DNA of 64,000 bases from a virus (taxonomy: Duplodnaviria > Caudoviricetes). The notes beneath the pieces were generated by a model, which ran no database searches, was not told where the DNA came from, and worked only from the letters and a program-made list of their open reading frames with translations. Positions 60,481 through 64,000 of this stretch are shown here, in pieces. Every line of letters starts with the position of its first letter. Positions within the stretch are counted from its first letter, which is position 1. Position numbers and translations under genes: made by a program. The stretch lies in IMG/VR virus record IMGVR_UViG_3300020718_000010, positions 1 through 64,000 of that record; one strand, given 5' to 3'.

Positions 60481-61788
60481 CTACAACTCTGCTGAAAACT
60501 GGACATAGGCGGCAGTTGCGCCACTTCCGTTGGTAATTGCACCGCCACTTTGTGCGGCACTACTAGAAAGTGCAATTTGGAAAGCGCATCCATAAGCACT
60601 GTTTTGGTCCACTGCAATGCTGCTAACTCCATAACTGGCTGCAATATTGTAATACGAGTATGAGGTCGTAGGACTAAAAGCAACGCTTGGGGTTATTCTC
60701 ATTTGGACCGGAAATTGCTGATACCCCTGAGCAGTTGTTCCGCTTGCGTAAGCCAAGAAGAGGCGAGAATACGTAAATCCCGTTACTGCTGGGTTGGCGT
60801 TGAGGTTCCAAAAATACCTTTGACATAGTGCGTATTCACCTTGGAGGTTCCCGCCCGCACGGGAGAAACCAGTTGCTACAGAGCCAAGTTCCAATTGCAT
60901 ACCCGTAATGTCAAAGTAGTCGTTGGCGCTGGCGGTTCCAGTTGGTGAATATGAGAATGTAATTCCCAATTGGGTCATTGTTGATGGCAAGTTAACGGTG
61001 TAGTTAAAGCGTTGCCATGAAGTTGTCAAAGTAGCGGTCGGGGAAAAAACCGTAGAGGCTCCAGTAAAACCGGTAAACACGTTTTGGTCGGTTCCAGTTC
61101 CTGAAACAAAGTTTGCAGTGAGCAAGTTACCGGCACCCGAGAAGTTCGCACCCGCACGTGCGTAGAAGGAAAGTGTTACTGTTTGAGCAGCATATGGAAT
61201 TGATGCAACTGATTCCAAGGTTTGGCCGAGGTAGATTGGCGCCACTTGAGTAGAGGCGTTATTGCGCTGAACACGAATAGCGTTATTAAAACTTGTTAGA
61301 CCGGATGCGATTTGCGAAATCGTGTAAGCGCTAACGGCTGCGGTTGAGTATGCCTGCCAGCGGTCCGCTGTGTAAGCAGATGAGTTTGCCGATAGTGAAA
61401 ATGATGTTCCACGTTGCCATACGTCGGCATATCCGTTAACCAGCGCATTTTTTCCAGCGGCGCTTGATGCAAGGGCTGCTGATGTTGTGCTTGTGTCAAG
61501 CCAAATAGTGCTTGTGTTTGATGGTGCCGTAGCGCTTGCGGTGAAACTGCTTGGCCCCTGCGAACCTTGAGCCCCTTGTGGTCCTGCGTTAACGACTCCA
61601 GTTACAGTGTTATTTAACCAAAGAGTACTTGTGTTGAGCGGTGCTGTTGAGCCTGCTTGGATTCCAGTGATTCCTTGGTTCCCCTGAAGACCTTGGGGGC
61701 CTTGGTACCCACGTGTCCCTTGAACACCCTGAGCACCAATGACGGTAGCAATCCATGCTGTTCCGTTCCAATATTTAATTGTTCCCAT
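60481..61788 (-). CDS. Collagen-stalk fibre with CBM-like/CQRY domain, paralog 3
   Basis: Same domain; two TAP.NT..W..T motifs. Confidence 0.8.
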   Translation of the reverse strand: MGTIKYWNGTAWIATVIGAQGVQGTRGYQGPQGLQGNQGITGIQAGSTAPLNTSTLWLNNTVTGVVNAGPQGAQGSQGPSSFTASATAPSNTSTIWLDTSTTSAALASSAAGKNALVNGYADVWQRGTSFSLSANSSAYTADRWQAYSTAAVSAYTISQIASGLTSFNNAIRVQRNNASTQVAPIYLGQTLESVASIPYAAQTVTLSFYARAGANFSGAGNLLTANFVSGTGTDQNVFTGFTGASTVFSPTATLTTSWQRFNYTVNLPSTMTQLGITFSYSPTGTASANDYFDITGMQLELGSVATGFSRAGGNLQGEYALCQRYFWNLNANPAVTGFTYSRLFLAYASGTTAQGYQQFPVQMRITPSVAFSPTTSYSYYNIAASYGVSSIAVDQNSAYGCAFQIALSSSAAQSGGAITNGSGATAAYVQFSAEL

Positions 61789-61798
61789 TAGTTATTCC

Positions 61799-62794
61799 TC
61801 ACGAAACCTTAGTTATTGTGCAGTAGCCGTTTGCGGCGTTATATGAAACACCTGATTGACTACTTCCTGCGTTGTAAGAACCACCGCCACCGCCTCCGTT
61901 ACCGTTAGTTCCAGCACCACCACCACCAGAGTAACCGCCAGCGCCGCCACCTCCAAAACCGGCAAAACCATTAACGTAACCAGAAGCACCCCCACCAAAT
62001 CCACCATAAGATTGTGTTGAGGGGCTAGTGCTAAATCCTCCAGAACCGCCTTGAGCATAACCAAAACCATTTAAATTTGTTCCACCACCTGCCGTATAGC
62101 CACCACCGCCAGTTCCACTGGATAAAAGTCCACCACCATTGTTTCCGCCGCCAGAGCCGTTGCCACCACCCGTGGCGCCGTTTCCGCCCGTGCCACCAGT
62201 ACCGCCACTGATTTGAGAACCCGTACCAAGTGGGGTTACTCCTGTGTTGGTAGAAACAGCGTCATATGAAACGCTTCCTCCATAAATGGTATTGGCACCT
62301 CCACCACCTCCGCCGGAAATAATTAAAGGAGTTGAAGTTCCAGAGCCTTGAAGAACAAAGGTGCCGCCGCCGCCTCCGGGGGGGCCTCCATACCCACTAC
62401 TAACACCCAACTGGCCTACAAGAATGTACAAGATAGTCCCAGATACAAGGGAAAAATTTCCTGACCAAATTAAACCCCTTCCACCCACCGAACTTGCAGT
62501 TCCACCCGCCGCACCAGCAGCAAGTATTGTAAAGGTCCCCGTGCTTGGTACGGTCCAAAGTTGTATTCCACCAGAAGTATTGAAATACAAAGTATTACTT
62601 GACCAACTTGTGCTTACATTGGAACTCAATGTGCTTATTGCTGTAGAAAGAGATGGCCCCGTATATCCTGATGTCCCATTGAAGGTTACATAACTTCCGG
62701 TTGGAAAAGTATATAAAGATGAGCCATAGTACGGAGTGGTAAATTCACCATACCCGTTAGCGGAGTCATCGCCCTGACCAGAAATAATAGGCAT
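61799..62794 (-). CDS. ALK/LTK-type glycine-rich adhesin-like protein
   Basis: GIQLWTVPSTG...AAGA.GG...GRG......L..G..LYILVGQ.G...GGGGGTFV...FGGG...GGGG.GGYSGG.G...GGGGSYN. Confidence 0.75.
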   Translation of the reverse strand: MPIISGQGDDSANGYGEFTTPYYGSSLYTFPTGSYVTFNGTSGYTGPSLSTAISTLSSNVSTSWSSNTLYFNTSGGIQLWTVPSTGTFTILAAGAAGGTASSVGGRGLIWSGNFSLVSGTILYILVGQLGVSSGYGGPPGGGGGTFVLQGSGTSTPLIISGGGGGGANTIYGGSVSYDAVSTNTGVTPLGTGSQISGGTGGTGGNGATGGGNGSGGGNNGGGLLSSGTGGGGYTAGGGTNLNGFGYAQGGSGGFSTSPSTQSYGGFGGGASGYVNGFAGFGGGGAGGYSGGGGAGTNGNGGGGGGSYNAGSSQSGVSYNAANGYCTITKVS

Positions 62795-63999
62795 TAGAAC
62801 TTAGTCAATCCTGCAAGAACTGTGTAGAAGTTTGATGCGGTTTTAATAATTGTGTAGTTGTAAACGTCAATTTGGTTAGCGTTTCCAGATGTTGGCGCAG
62901 TTCCACCAGACCAATAAACAATTCCGTATGTTCCCGCAGTTGTGGTGATTGCGTTACCGTCAATTTGTATTGCGGAGTTATACCAAGCGGTTCCACCCTG
63001 AAGAACCATTACCGCAATGGTAATTGATTGGTTAACTCCAAGAATTGAGTTAAGCGTTGTCGGGGTAGAACTACCAGTTATGTTAAGCGTCCAGTTTGCT
63101 GTTGCCGCTGCGTTGTAGAACCAAACAGAGCCTAGGGATGCGTAAATGCTTTGAGACGATGCGATTGCACTAGTTGAGTAGCGTATTGCTTCAAGCGGAG
63201 CCGTAAATACGGTATTGGTAGAAATAGTAGAAACCGCAGGGGCACTTTGCCATGTAGCGACACCAGATGCGTTTGCGGCCAAAACTTGGTTAGCCGTTGG
63301 GGTGTTGGTTGCAAAAATTGGGTTACTAAACGTAATCGCTGTAGTTCCAAGGGTGTCGGTTGTTTTATTGGTGCAGTACCAAGTTGTTCCTCCGTATGAT
63401 GACCCTTGAAGGATTGAGAAGTTTCCGGCGGCTAATTTTCCAATTGTATTGGCGTCAAAGTCACGAACGAATACTGCTGAAACACCAGTTGTTCCGTAGG
63501 TTGTGCACTTGTAGACGCCGTTTTGGAGACCAGCAGTTTGGTCTTTTAGCAAGATTCGGTCACCAAGACCGACCGTGTACCCATCCAAAACAAACGCTCC
63601 GGTGGCAGTGATGGTGAATGTGTCAGATGCAGTTCCTACATCGTTTGTTGTATTTGCGCCGACTGCGTACGTTCCAACAATGTTGGTTCCCGTTGAAGAA
63701 ACCTGTACAACTGGGTGAGAACCAAACTGGTAGAAACCAGCGGAAGAAGATGGTCCGCCAGACGCTAACAATTGGGAAGAAGTTCCTGTTGTTGAAGATG
63801 TTAGGGGCTTAGAAAAGTTGACTGCAGTTGTTCCCATTGTGTCGGTTGACTTAGAAGAACAAAACCAGACTGTTCCACCGTTTTGATTTCCTTGAAGAAT
63901 TTGAACTACGGAAGCCGCCAACTTGTTTGTAGTGTCAACGTCATTGTCTCTTACAAATGCTGCATTAATTCCATAGACACCCTGAGTTGTACATACATA
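62794..63999 (-). CDS. Fibre protein with tandem repeat domains, N-terminus beyond the window
   Basis: Frame open to the window edge (YVCTTQGVYGINAAFVRDND precedes the ORF-track start); LDG..V..GDRILLKDQT...NGVY repeat; fibre-tip C-terminus shared with 54807-55358. Confidence 0.75.
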   Translation of the reverse strand, partial: YVCTTQGVYGINAAFVRDNDVDTTNKLAASVVQILQGNQNGGTVWFCSSKSTDTMGTTAVNFSKPLTSSTTGTSSQLLASGGPSSSAGFYQFGSHPVVQVSSTGTNIVGTYAVGANTTNDVGTASDTFTITATGAFVLDGYTVGLGDRILLKDQTAGLQNGVYKCTTYGTTGVSAVFVRDFDANTIGKLAAGNFSILQGSSYGGTTWYCTNKTTDTLGTTAITFSNPIFATNTPTANQVLAANASGVATWQSAPAVSTISTNTVFTAPLEAIRYSTSAIASSQSIYASLGSVWFYNAAATANWTLNITGSSTPTTLNSILGVNQSITIAVMVLQGGTAWYNSAIQIDGNAITTTAGTYGIVYWSGGTAPTSGNANQIDVYNYTIIKTASNFYTVLAGLTKF

Positions 64000-64000
64000 G

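Noticed and set aside
50441-61740. Short tandem DNA repeats (CCTTG/CCCTG every 9 nt) as CRISPR or VNTR
   Set aside because: Fully explained by G-x-Q collagen codons; no repeat-spacer array or cas genes anywhere in the window
17623-63812. Numerous plus-strand and alternate-frame ORFs of 60-190 aa within the structural region
   Set aside because: Shadows of long minus-strand genes, no SD or promoter support and no recognisable motifs
1-64000. Stop-codon reassignment or prophage integration site
   Set aside because: TAA, TAG and TGA all terminate well-defined genes and long ORFs are intact in the standard code; no integrase, repressor pair or host genes, so the tRNA is not called attP

Overview
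This window is a 64-kb internal segment of a large tailed dsDNA phage with siphovirus-type gene order. The host is probably an Actinobacterium; this is inferred from leaderless TAnnnT-ATG starts and from actinophage-type holin, tail and small Zn-finger genes. Nearly all genes are on the minus strand, and the standard genetic code fits. Bases 1-15.3 kb form an early/replication region: many small ORFs, a PD-(D/E)XK nuclease, tRNA-Asn(GUU), a PnuC-like protein, a tandemly duplicated ParB-like protein, a SNF2/HARP-type helicase, an HTH protein, RusA, an HslV-like Ntn protease, a permuted papain-like amidase, an HNH protein, a G39P-like helicase loader, a replication initiator with internal iterons, a Sak4-like recombinase and a Mu Gam-like protein. 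Bases 15.3-40 kb hold lysis, tail and neck genes: holin, hub, a 1582-aa Dit-like protein, a 3157-aa repeat-built giant, tape measure protein, a -1 frameshifted chaperone, two tail-tube paralogs and neck genes. Bases 40-64 kb are a >24-kb array of modular fibre/adhesin genes that lies upstream of the neck genes and runs off the window edge. The most notable unexplained signals are: (i) a multi-hairpin, possibly pseudoknotted RNA leading two paralogous His/Ala-rich genes; (ii) a conserved TACTRYAnCC box at a fixed position in the spacer of five sigma70-type promoters, one of which drives a gene embedded in the tail operon; (iii) a mix-and-match fibre system with six genes sharing an N-terminal anchor plus collagen stalk, repeated carrier/adhesin gene pairs and a reusable ~50-60-aa beta module. 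No capsid, terminase, endolysin, integrase, reverse transcriptase or CRISPR array is visible. All family assignments come from motif recognition by eye, not from database searches.
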